Positions 11,425 through 23,299 of a stretch of 64,000 nucleotides of DNA are shown here, piece by piece. How positions within the stretch are numbered: position 1 is the first letter of the stretch; every line of letters starts with the position of its first letter. The notes under the pieces were generated by a model. The model was not told the DNA's origin. It saw only the letters and a list, made by a program, of their open reading frames with translations, and ran no database searches. The position numbers and the translations under genes were made by a program. Source of the DNA: Iphione sp. A-MEVVRFRX5 (taxonomy: Eukaryota); the NCBI GenBank assembly GCA_976226885.1, contig OZ320321.1:52390001-52454000 (forward strand), written 5' to 3'.

Positions 11425-14400
11425 CTGCCGAAGGAAATTACAGCGGATTCTTATCTGACAATGTCTAAAGGTCACAGACGAAGAGCATATATTCAGGAAG
11501 AACTTGTTTGTAGATCTTTCCCCAACACCAAAAATTATTTATAAATTTCAGCACTTTCTTTGATACACGCGTCGGGAAAACACTGCTATCGAAAAGGTTT
11601 GTTTCGAGAGGAACAATTAAGCACTGACGATTGATTGAACTGAACGATAACATGTTTCATTTTCAAACATGATGTCAATTTCTAGATGTGATGATTCTCG
11701 TTATTGAAAATCCCGATTGCCATACGTATCACGGGTGAAATATCACAATAGTACCTTGTTAAATTTAGTCAGCGCGTAAATACCGATAAATTATCAAGTC
11801 ACGTGAATAGTAGCAACCACGTCTTCATAGGGGTCGGACAGCTCATTCTTCTGCACAGTCAGTTTATTGTTGTTTTCGTAGTTAAATTTCAGTCAGTGTT
11901 GTCAATAAAAGTAGCATACCTCACCGCCGCAAATTGTGCCGCCACCCTCAGTTAGCAGGTTTTCATACATAGTAAGAAACTTTGGGAAGAACACGGTCTC
12001 GTATTCCTTTAAGCGTGCCGCCTGAAAAAAATCCAATCAATGTTCAAAACCTTATAGCTATTTAACAACGTCGCAAACTCATTGTCCTCTTTAATGTGGT
12101 CTATTTCATGAAAATGCTCCTTGTCACCTTTTCTTTTTCAATGCGTGAACTCTGTTTACCTAGTATTAAAAACATCTTCACAAGTGTGCATATAGCAATC
12201 TGATTGGACGCTTTTCACAGTGCTGCGTAAATCAAAATGCCCATTCCTATTAATTTTACAAAGTGTAGGCCTATCTAAACTGCTTGAATTGAAAGTACTC
12301 GAATACACTTTACATATTAGAATATGTTTTCCAAGAATAAAAATCGTGCTAGCCTGCTACTGATCTAGACATTTAATGTTACATGAAATCGCCGATGACT
12401 TACAAATAATTTGAATCATTCCTGGAGGAAACTTTAAATGGTATAAAGCGCCAATCTTTACTACCCGACCTGGAGAAATTTAAGCCAGTGGATGTGCCAT
12501 GGTGACATTAAATGATAGTAGTAATAGAACCCAGGAGTATTGGCGTCGTTCGAGGGCAAACGAAAGTACATGTAGTACAAGATTCTGCCGTCGTGCCTGC
12601 GATATATCCAGGCTTACTTTTAATGCAATAAAACGTTGGATGTGTTGTGAATACTAAATAGGACGCTCCAGTTCTGTTACCATACCGGGGAAAAGAATAT
12701 AACTTAAATATCTATATATTATAAAGCCAATATACAATGTATTCCACATACTGCAGTACACATACCGCATTGCAAGAATAGTCCCTGTTATTACCTTGAA
12801 TCCTTTAAATTCTCATCATTTGTCTTATAGTAGCCAAAAACGAATGCCAGTGAAAACCTCCCTAACCCGAAATGTCTCTAGGAGAATATTTCCCCATAAT
12901 GAAAATGTCCTCAGTCAAACTTGTCCCTTGATGAAAATGTTCCCAATAAATACATGTAAAATGGCTTATGGAATGTTTATTTCTTTTTGACAGAGTAAAT
13001 ATTTTTTGTTTCAATATGTAAAGAGTCTTTACAGAATTATTACTATTCTACAGTAGAACATCTATTTCTGACCACTAACCCGGTCTGAATTCAGATGGTC
13101 ATAATAGTGAAAATAGTTGGAAATCAATTGGGGCTTTGGTCACAAATAGGTATTAAAATACAATGAAAGTGACTGTTACATGTGTGGTGGCAACTTGGTT
13201 TTGATCGTAAATTGATTTGGTCATAAATAAATCACTTTACATACTGATTTAGTATAGAAATATTTTCTTTTCGACTTAAAGTGAATGTAATATCAAATTT
13301 TGGTTGGAAATCAGTATGGTCAAAAATGGACGCTTGACTGTAGTTCCTAACAATAGTACATGTGTGATTTTCTTTAAATCTATGACAGAAATACCTCATA
13401 ATTTCATTACCACACGTTTCTACTGCATACTTTCATATTATCATTATAATAAACAAGATAAAACCATCAACATTTTTATGCTGCAACTCATATATGCAAC
13501 TGGGTAAGCAAGTCTGACAAACACCAGCCCTAGGTGTGACTCCCAGAGGTGAGGCTGCAGCATTTTCGCTTGCCTTTATACAGAATAAGGTGAAATTGAA
13601 AGTATGAGGATATGATCTAATATATATATATAATGCATTATTTCATATGTTCTAAATACTACACTACTAAATAGCATGGTATGGTATTACATACAGATAC
13701 ATTACATAAAGAAACAACTATTCTTTAAGATACTAAAGGACATTTTCATCTGGGGATAATGTTACCAAGGAACTATTTTGGATGTGGACGTTTTTACCTG
13801 TTAACACCACAATTGGTAATAATTCTGAGTATATTTTATAATCACTCATTATTTTATACGTGCTCCAAAATGACTGGGCCATATTCCATGATCCTGATGT
13901 GATGTAACAAAGATTTATATATTGATATATATATGTGTGTACTGTGCCAAAATCTTAACTGACAATAATTAATAAAGCTCAGTGTCATTTTACATGTAAA
14001 GCATTGCCTCTAAAATATGCATCAACAAAAAAAAAGAATTTTCTTATCCATAGCAGACACTTTGCTGCTTTTGCTAGTTGTTCCTTTGAGAGTTCCTTTT
14101 CTATACAGATCAGTATCATATGCATCCTCAGTACATGTATATAAGACTAAGGTCATAGGTCTACGTTCCATACTGAAGTGCTATAAGTAATTATGCTGTC
14201 ATCTAGGACAATGGATCTGGAATATGGAAGTGTCTAACCGCAGTCTTAAATGATTTGATTACCTGTTTTTCCTTGTCCGGTTCGCCCAAGGCAGAAAAGA
14301 ACGGATCTAGAATACCTTCAATAAAGTCAGCTGCCTGGTCTATCTTTGCCTGATCCAGCTCGGTCTCCCCAGCGATATTCCCAACTGAAAAGGTGATTAA

Positions 14401-17400
14401 CAAATAAGTACAAGAGAACTAGTAGAATGTCCACCATTCCAGAGAAAGTAGTTGGACTAGTGACTAATTCTACAATTTCAATTTCAATTAAAAAAAAAAA
14501 ATTTCATTGAACCACCATCTTAAACAAGCTGTTTTCATAGTACAGATGTGTTTGTATACATGTTCATGTTCACGAATGGGTTTTGTTGTCAGTCTGCATA
14601 TGATCAGGCTAGCTGGTCGGAAGCATTAAGAATTACAAACTTTTGAGCACACGTAACTGTAGTTTAACAAAGATTAATAAAAAATAAGATCTCTTTCATA
14701 TGCTGATGTTTTGCGCCGGTAATGCTGTTGATTTCAATTTTTAAACAATAAATGATTTATGATTTACTTCCAGCTCGTGTCCCTGGTACCTTCGCCAGAT
14801 ATCTAGCGATGGCTCTGCTCTCTGAAAGCATGTAGCCATCAGTCTCCAGGACAGGGAGAAATCCGAACGGCATCTCTAGCAAAGAAAAAAAAACAGTTTA
14901 CCAGGGAGATTTAGTCTCGTGTCACAAATGTATCAGCACGTTAATGTGAAACAAAGTTGGATTCATTCCATAGTCTAGCAAGGTGTTTAGCACTTATGAT
15001 TAAAACAGATCGCTTGTATCCTTCCATATTTCTCCCTCTACATTGTGTTCGCTGATGGTTGCATTAAAGGTGACACAAAATGGTGAGCAAGCAAACGCCT
15101 CTGTCCCAACAGTCAACAATGCTATGGCAGATTAGACCATCCCTGGAAATGACCGACATAGAATTGAGGATTTTAAAGTAAAAGAATCAGGAGAAGGGCT
15201 CATCTGCTACATAAAAAGACGACAAAGCACCGTATACATAGTAAATCACCAGGTATAACAGGTCACTAGAATGTATCTGGCTAGAGCGATGAGGGATGGG
15301 CAGCACGACCCTTATAAATATATTTGTAGAATATACCGTCCCCCTGATGGCGATATTGACTTCATGACAGAATATCTTCTATCGGATTCGCAGAGGTTGG
15401 GCTAAAAACATTGGAAAGTAAGGGAATAACTGTGTTGGAGGAAACGAAGAAATAATTTTTTGGAATGCTAATGTTTGATATGCTACATTTGAACTTTTTC
15501 AAAAGTATCATGAGACATGCGACTCGGGCTGCAAAAAATGAAGAAATAGTGTTTGACAAACCAGTATTTGAGAGCTATCGTAGCAGCTATCTATACCGTG
15601 GTGTTCAATTATGGAATAACCTACACCTAGCCTACAGGAAAGCTAATAAAGGCTGCTATAGGGGAGGACTAAGGAAATGGTGTAACACATAGGTATGGCT
15701 TAATGTACATAGTTCTGGTCCGTAGTCGGGAGACAGCAGGAGACTCCTTCAGAGTACAGGAGACTCGAATGCGTATTTGTCTTTTTGTTTCCATATGTTC
15801 TACTGTTAATCTCTCTGAGCGCATATTGGGAACCACTTAGTTGAAGTGACAATGATGCTCAATAAAAATACTTTGACTTTGACTTTGACTTATGATAAAA
15901 GGACACATAAATGTAGATCTCTCAAAGTAATTGCATCACTTTTTTCAAAACAAGTAACAGGTGCAGGCAGGGCTGCAAATGGAGGTCATATTCTTCCGCT
16001 ATAATGTTGAAATGGTACATGTGAATTAATAGTTGCCAAGATATCGTAGTTTTTCTCTTTACACATGCATACACCGGTTCACCCTGACAATCTCCTATTG
16101 CCTGCATCCATTGCCCTGGAGCATTTTGGTTGAAGTTCCCTCCTTCTATATACAATAGTTTCTAAGTCATCACAGTTTTTTCTCTTTACCCATCTTTTGA
16201 CTGGGTCACTCTACGTTCATAGTCTTCAATATATTCTCACTCACACTTATGTTCTCATTCATATTCCTGCTCTCTTCATATTCTTACTGACACTCATGTT
16301 CTCACTCTTATTCTTAGTTATGTTCTTACTCACACTCATACTCTCACACACATACTCTGTTATGTTCTCACTCATATTCATGTTCTCATTAACATCTGTA
16401 CTCTCTTTATGTTCTCACTGATACTTATGGTCTCATTCATAATCTCACTCATGTTCTCACTGATAGTCATTATCTCACCCATGTTCTCACTCATACTCCT
16501 ACTCGTGTTCATGAAGAGAGCACCAGTATGAATGAGACCATGAATATGAGTGAAAATATAACAAGTATGTCTGTAAGAGTATGAGTATGAGTGAGAACAT
16601 AACTAAGAATAAGAGTGAGACCTTGAATGTCAGTAAGAACATAAAGAGAGCAGGAATATCAATGAGAACATGAGTGTAAGTGAGATCATATTGAAGAGTA
16701 TGAACATAGAGCGACCCAGTCAAAAGGTGAGTAAAGAGAAAAACTGTGATAACTAGGGAAACTATTTCACATAGAAGGACACGACTTGAACCAAAATACT
16801 ACCGAACAATTGATGCAGGTGATAGAGGCAGCAACAGGTGACCTAGTCAAAAGATGGGCAAAGAGAAAAACTGTCATAACTGTGAACTTATTACACATAG
16901 AAGGACAAGACTTGAACCAAAATGCCACCAACCAAATGACGCAGGTGAAAGAAGTGACAAAAGGTGACCTATTCAGAAGGTGGATATAGAGAAAAACTGT
17001 CATAACTGGGAAACTATTGCACATAGGACAGGACTTGAACCAAAATCATACCAACCAAATGAGCCAGGTGATAGAGGTAGTACAACAGGTCACCTAGTTA
17101 AAAGGTGGATAAAGAAAAAACTGTCATAACTGGGAAACTATTGCACGTAGAAGGACAGGACTTGAACCAAAACACTACCGACCAAATAATGCAGGTGATA
17201 GAGGCAGCAACAGGTAAACTAGTCAAATGGTGGGTAAAGAGAAAAACTGTCATAACTGGGAAACTATTGCACATAGAAGGACAGGACTTGAACTAAAATG
17301 CTACCGAACAATTGATGCAGGTGATAGAGGTGGCAACAGGTGATCTAGTCAAAAGGTGGGCAAAGAAAAAAACTGTCATAACTGGGGAAACTATTGCACA

Positions 17401-20400
17401 TAGAAGGACAAGACTTGAACCAAAATCCCCCCAACCAAATGACGCAGGTGAAAGAGGCACCAACAGGTGACCTAGTCAAAAGGTGGGTAAAGAGAAAAAC
17501 TGCGATAACTTGGCAACTATTGCACATAGAAGGACAGGACTTGAACCAAACTGCAACCAACCAAATGACACAGGTGATAGAGGCATCAACAGGTGACCTA
17601 GTCAAAAAGGTGAGGAGGAGGAAGAGGGGGAGGAAGAGGGGGAGGACAAGGAGGAGGAGGAGGGGAGGGAGGGAGAGGGGGAGGAGGAGGAGGACATGCC
17701 GGGGATGAGCCGGGGAAGGGGGGTGGTAGGCCGAGGAAGGGAGGAGGTGGCCGGGGAAGGGAGACGGTGGCCGGGGACAAGCTGGGGATGGACGGTTATG
17801 TAATAGCCAGGGGAGGCATAGCACCAGGGGGGGGCGTATCGCCACCGGGGGGTGGTGTATCACCACCAGGGGTGGCGTATCGCCACCGGGGGGTAGAGAG
17901 GGTGCAGAGAGTGGTGGAGAGCAGCAGATAGCAATCAAGGTGATGTAATAGAGATGGGCGGCCGAGAGCAGCTGAGAGCAGCCGGGAGGTGGTGGGCCTT
18001 GGCGGGCCAAGGACCATGGGTGGCCGAGAGCAACTGAGAGTGGCCAAGAGCCGCAGATAAGAGACATCAAGAGGAACACATTTCTCAGTTTAACATAGGA
18101 TTCTCCATAGGGCTCTCTGTCACAGTAAAGGTGATGTAACAGGCAAGAAGCCAGCCCAGACATCAAAGAAAAGGGTCCTACCACTCTCAGTACTGTACAC
18201 ACAGCTCAATGATGGAGGTCAGACCTCCGCTGAAGGAGGCGTTGACTCATCGGGGATCTGACCTCCATTGATTACTGACTAGTCAGTGTCGGGGGACCTA
18301 GTTCAGCTGGTTCGCAGTCATGCGAGAGTACCAATATAGTGCTATGGAATATAGGTAAAATGTAACTGTCTGTATTTGGCAATATCCTACCTGACCGCTG
18401 TGTAATTTCATGTCGGTTACCAAGCAACATTCATCCAAAAGAAAGGAACCGAGAATAGATACATATAGGCGTATGTACTTTACCACGGCCAAATGTGCAC
18501 CACCAAACTTTCGGTAGATGAAGAAAGATTGGTAGAGATAGGTAAGAGAAATAGAGAAATCTAGCAGCGATTTGCGATAAACTGAGTTAGTACGCGGGGG
18601 AGGAGCACTCCAGAGGACCACAAACCTATAGCTCCGTAGCTTCATAAAGACGGGCGATACACATATGTGTTAAACCTCTTATAATCAGATCAGTTGAAAA
18701 AGGCAACGTGGAACAATTTGTATTTGGCTGCAACAATCAGCACAGCCATCTGTGTCAGTTAGGGTGCAGGTCCTATATAGGATGTCTACCTCCCTGAATA
18801 AACGCCGTGCTATTGTCCTTAAATATAATGCTAACCACAGTTGGCTGCTGCCATCAGCTGGGCTATCTGTGTAGCCAAGCTCATGACTACACCATCCACT
18901 ACCGTCCCTTACTGAATTTGTGGACGGGGCACTACTATTACCAAGTGTACTATGTGCATGAAGATATTAACAATTGCATAACCAAACAGTACACAGCGTC
19001 TATTGCTGCAAGCATTTTGGTCCCTACATTATTGCTAAGTGCACTATGAGTATGAAGATATCAACTAAACAGCGTCTCATGCTACAAGCGTTTCAGTCAC
19101 TGTGCTGCTGCACTAGACAGGCATACACGTATACCTGCCTTGAATGACGTGTCATATTACTTCAATGTGTCTTGAACCTGCCCCTGTCATAATTTGCAAT
19201 AGGTCTTGCGTACTTGCTCCAGTGATAATGCGTTATAAATTCATAAGACAGTGTGATTTGTCTGTGCACCTTGATTTTCATTTTCTACCAATCAACTTGG
19301 AAAACTCTAAGTTTAATAAAACTTATAAAACTTGAAACAGAAACAATACATCTTGGGTTAAATTCTAAGATGGGTAGTTGGTATATCTATTAATTTCCGA
19401 CACGCTATGATTCTACGAGTCAAAATACAATCATTGCCAAAATAACTTCAACTGATATTCGGTCTGACCTATCATGGCTCAGAAGCTACCTGCAGGACAG
19501 ATGGCAAACCAGAAAAGAACCCAATAAATCTAAAATTTGGGAGAAATTGTCAAGAAGGGGTTAGAGTAGATGCTTCAACAAAATATAGAGTCTAATATCT
19601 GTCAAAGTTTGCAAAGAGTCTAGTGCTAGCTATAGCGGAATATGTATACATTGCATTGTTTAGCAAACTCAAGGTAACATGAACGAGAGATAACTCGAAA
19701 TCTAAACCAATTTGGCCAACTCCAAATTTTTAACATTTTTAGAATGCAATTACATATAAGGAAGACATATAAGGGAGGAAATTATCAAAAAGTACTCACT
19801 ATGGTCCAAAAACTCACTTCATTAAAAGAACAGCCAAAGAACAAAAGGATATGAACACAAAAACCACATTGTATATTTAAGCTTAGAAAACTTTTCCAGT
19901 CTATGGAGAGCTAGCACCTACTGGGAATTGAACAAGAGACCTTTAGCATTACAGGCAAACACCTAACCAGCTGAGCTAAAGGGGAAAGCCTGCTAGCCAA
20001 GGGCTAGAGTTTGACCTTTTGGCCTCATTAAATTAACTCTCCCTTACACAGTTGAATTGGCATATACCACTCAGCCTTTACTTTATATGCCCTTTGCTAG
20101 GCATTTTTCATATATTGGGATACTTTTGGTTCTCCGAACACCAGTTTAAGTTTAAGAAGACTTTTCCAGTCTTTCGAGAGCTAGCACCTGCCAGGAATTG
20201 AACACCAGCCTTTGGCATGACAGGCCAACACCTAAACATCTGAGCTAAAGGGAAATCCCTATTAGCCAAGGGCTAGAGGTTGATCTTATGGCCTCATTAC
20301 CTTAACGTATATGTAAATAACATATCTCATCAAACCCATTGTATTATTGTAAATATGAATCACCATGTTTTCAATGGATATATGTCTATATATTTACATA

Positions 20401-20909
20401 ACCATGTAATGACATGTGACATGTGACATGTGACAATCATAATTCTAATATAGTCAAACATGTGTGACAGTGTCGCTTGAATGTTACCTAAATGTCATGT
20501 TAATTCATCTATAGGAAAATTAAAATTGTATAACCTGATAGAGCATAGTCTAACATATCAGAGATCAGGGTGAATAAAGTTTAAGATAGGCATTAATATC
20601 CAAACAATAAAGAGGAACGAGTTGCTTACAACACTAAGGAGTCATTGAACTATCTAGTCTGTCATTTTCTGTATCGGTTCCATCTACAGATGCTTTACGT
20701 AAGTCTTTAAAAAGATATTATATAGATTTATTTCATAGCTATTTTGATATTTATGAGACAGCCATGACTTGTAGATACTTACGTGGTTTCAGGTCAGCCC
20801 ACTGAGTTTTTTTGTCTATCCGAACATCTTCATACGGAATACCCTTGTATTCCATTATCATGCGTAGCACTTCACCACGGCCTTGGATGTTGAAGTAGAT
20901 CAACTTCAT
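11269..20909 (-). CDS. gst: Cytosolic glutathione S-transferase, sigma-like (5 coding exons, 204 aa)
   Basis: Exons 20909-20783, 14875-14768, 14384-14263, 12021-11920 and 11424-11269 total 615 nt. All introns are GT-AG with matching phases (1,1,0,0). The product reads MKLIYFNIQGRGEVLR...WADLKPQMPFGFLPVLE...SESRAIARYL...ITWAD...IAAWIKRRP*. Confidence 0.93.
11920..12021 (-). CDS. gst: GST coding exon 4 (AARLKEYETVFFPKFLTMYENLLTEGGGTICGGE)
   Basis: Acceptor ttttttcag, donor gtatgc, 102 nt, phase 0-0. Confidence 0.9.
14263..14384 (-). CDS. gst: GST coding exon 3 (GNIAGETELDQAKIDQAADFIEG...KEKQ)
   Basis: Acceptor ccttttcag, donor gtaatc, 122 nt, phase 1-0. Confidence 0.9.
14768..14875 (-). CDS. 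gst: GST coding exon 2 (MPFGFLPVLETDGYMLSESRAIARYLAKVPGTRAG)
   Basis: Acceptor ttctttgctag. The phase-compatible donor is gtaaat at 14767. An upstream GT (AAG|gtacca) is phase-incompatible with the next exon. Confidence 0.85.
15362..15892 (+). mobile_element. CR1/L2-type LINE 3' fragment with (TTTGAC)n tail
   Basis: ORF 15465-15692 ends with a typical ORF2 C-terminus (SYLYRGVQLWNNL), followed by AATAAA and tttgactttgactttgac. Confidence 0.8.
16080..16870. repeat. Imperfect foldback (inverted repeat, ~350-bp arms) built from ATGAGTGAGAAC-like subunits
   Basis: ORFs 16197-16421 (+) and 16499-16723 (-) translate to similar peptides (MTGSLYVH...). The left arm also contains an inverted copy of the 126-bp array unit. 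Confidence 0.85.
16725..17610 (+). repeat. Tandem array of ~7 units of 126 bp
   Basis: The anchor ACATAG/ACGTAG recurs at 16769, 16895, 17021, 17145, 17271, 17398 and 17524. Confidence 0.92.
17610..18060 (+). repeat. Purine/G-rich low-complexity tract plus three 21-bp palindromic units (17833-17893)
   Basis: (GGA)n-like runs, G-tracts, and GGTGGCG-TAT-CGCCACC units. Confidence 0.8.
19430..19850 (+). mobile_element. Highly decayed LINE RT remnant
   Basis: SWLRSYLQDRWQ matches the WxxSYLxxRxQ RT motif. The rest is scrambled. Confidence 0.5.
19880..20299 (-). mobile_element. Two tandem copies (period 270 bp) of a tRNA-derived SINE-like head
   Basis: The minus strand has A-box TAGCTCAG(C/A)TG and B-box GTTCAATTCC. 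Copy 2 has the anticodon arm TTGGC-CTGTCAT-GCCAA (GTC). Confidence 0.7.
20783..20909 (-). CDS. gst: GST coding exon 1 (MKLIYFNIQGRGEVLRMIMEYKGIPYEDVRIDKKTQWADLKP)
   Basis: ATG at 20909 lies 14 nt downstream of acceptor ctctgcag (exon starts at 20923). Donor gtaagt. Catalytic Tyr and the GRxE motif are present. Confidence 0.93.
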
Positions 20910-21990
20910 CGTCAGTTTGATTACTGCAGAGTCAGGGCAAGCTGAGAACCTTAAATATTCAAAGATATAACCCCTTCCTGTGAGATCATGTTTAAGTAAT
21001 TAGGGGGGAGCACTAGGATCGGGACGCGGTCTTTCTCGCTTTCCGGAGAAAGTGTATTTTAGACGAAGTTTTTGGACAAGAGATTCGGGCAATATGTGAA
21101 GGCAAATGCGGGGTACATTTTTGGAGGGTGTATCCAGCACATATCACTGGAGAAATATGAATATTTATGTACTGACATCTTTAATATTGGGGGGGAGGGG
21201 GGGTGTCACATTCACAGTAAGCGCTGTGATGTATGCACACTGATGCTGTACACTAATGACTCCAGCGGCTTTTTCACTCCCGGCTCCCCTTCTGCCTAGT
21301 AGCTGAGATGAGATATCTTAGTAAATCTTAAAATGGGGCACATCTGGTCTGTATATGCATTAGTATTAAGCGCGACTGGCCCCTCATTCATGGTTGAAAC
21401 GGGGTAGATCGTATCGTAATTAGTAATACATCTTATATACATTCATATATTGCGAAATTCTGGAAAAGAAAGGTTTGTAAAGATCAGCCGTAGTCATTAC
21501 ATCGACCAAAAGGTGTCAAGATAACTCTAATACTGTAGAACAGGGCAAAAACAATACCATATCATGGACAGACCACAATCCGGACATAACTAGAAGAAAG
21601 ACAGTTTTTAATAGTACGAAAAATATTCATTGTAATATATGATCACCTTGTAGACATAGCCACCTTATGAACGGTTAAAGCAAAGAAGCATCAAGGGCGG
21701 TCACCTTTGTGGTATTCTAATGTCCATTTATCAACAGATGTACACATTTCATGATCTGGAATCAGGCAGTGGTTTATTATTCAGAAGTTAGACATTCTTA
21801 TTATTTTGTTTATCCTAATTCGCAGTTATGACCTTTCAAGATATGAGGTCTCAAAATTGTACCATTTCAATTTCAATTTGTATATTACTTAGGACCTCTC
21901 AAAATGAGTGAAGATTTTCAAACAGCCAGATGGCGCTCAATCTGTCCACTCACGCTAAATTGGCTGTAGTGATGACATGAGTTCCAACTT

Positions 21991-23056
21991 TACTGAAAAA
22001 ATATACTTGTCCTGGCCTTGTCTCTGGTAACAAGTTTTGCCTTGTCCTGTTGACGGTCATACAATGTACAAGTTTAGCATTGTCGCTCAAAGTTTGTGAC
22101 AAGGAAGGTTGTCATAAACTTGTTAATATGACAAGGTTAAATTTGTCACTATGAAGGACTAAACTCATCATAGGATTGTCTCTAATGACAAGTTTTACCT
22201 CATCCTATTGATTGTCATACAATGTACAAGTTTAGCATTGTCGCTCAAAGTTTGTGACTAAGAGGTTGTCATAAACTTGTCAAAATAATTTTTCTTGCAT
22301 ATGGAGCTACACACCATGCCTCAGTGCTCACTTGACTGGGTGCTGCCACTGGCACTTGGTAACCCACCTCCTCACACCCAAATGAGTTTTTTTGGAGGGG
22401 CCCACATCAGGGCCAGCCTGAATTGGATACCACCAGTGGTAGTCCAGCTCTACACAGAAGATCAGCGAACAGCAGCACCAGTGGACCTGCAACAGCTAGT
22501 TCTCTGTGGTTACATCGCGATGTATTGTGATCAGACATTTTTGTAAATTCAAGGTCCTAAGCATCATGTAAGACAAATCCAATGCAACAGCCATGTAGGG
22601 GAGGTTCTTAGCTTCATTTTGGTATAAAACACTTCTTTCTAGGACTATGTAATCAGTTAAAATGTTTACTCACCCCAGACAAGTGCCTCCTAACTCCATG
22701 ACTGTTATTTAAGGTATGCTTCATTTGCATTTGAATGACAGGTTTTTCTTTCCTTTCTCTGATCTCAAAAAACCTTTATATAGAGTTAAGTAACTCTACT
22801 AATAATACTCTATAATTCACAGTTGTATATTTATAGATATCCCTAAAATAATGTGGGTTTAGATTCTCTCACTTCACTTTAGAATAACTGCTGTAGTGAG
22901 ACCTAAAGGATGACAAGTCTATGACAGGTTTATGACAAAGCAGTACTGTCAATTTGATTATATCTTTGCCATAGATAATTTAGATTGTCAAAACCTGAAT
23001 GACAAACTTAGAAATTGTCATATTGACAATGCCAAGACAAGTTCATTTTTTCAGTG
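21991..23056. mobile_element. Non-autonomous TIR element with (C/T)ACTG termini (CMC/EnSpm-like), putative 2-bp TSD TT
   Basis: Left end TACTGAAAAAATATACTTGTCCTGGCCTTGTC versus reverse complement of the right end CACTGAAAAAATGAACTTGTCTTGGCATTGTC. Subterminal TTGTC/GACAA repeats and an internal ~50-bp duplication (22058 and 22214). Confidence 0.75.
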
Positions 23057-23299
23057 TTAAATTTCTCTGCGAGGTTGATTCTAATAGCAGGAACATAGAT
23101 AATAGCAACATATTATATTACTTGGTAGGCCTGATACCATTAGTGCCGTTTCACACCCAATAATTCCCTACTTCGTTGTAGTAGGTGTATAAAATTAACC
23201 AAGTAGGTTAGGGCAGGTATTTACCATAGTCCTACTCATCAACCGGTCGGCAATTTGTTCCGCAATTTGCTACCTGTGTAGATTCTGATCAAAGATCTC

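Noticed and set aside
17345-18202. Long Pro-rich (minus) and protamine-like Arg-rich (plus) ORFs
   Set aside because: These are by-products of the (GGA)n/G-rich tract and the tandem array.
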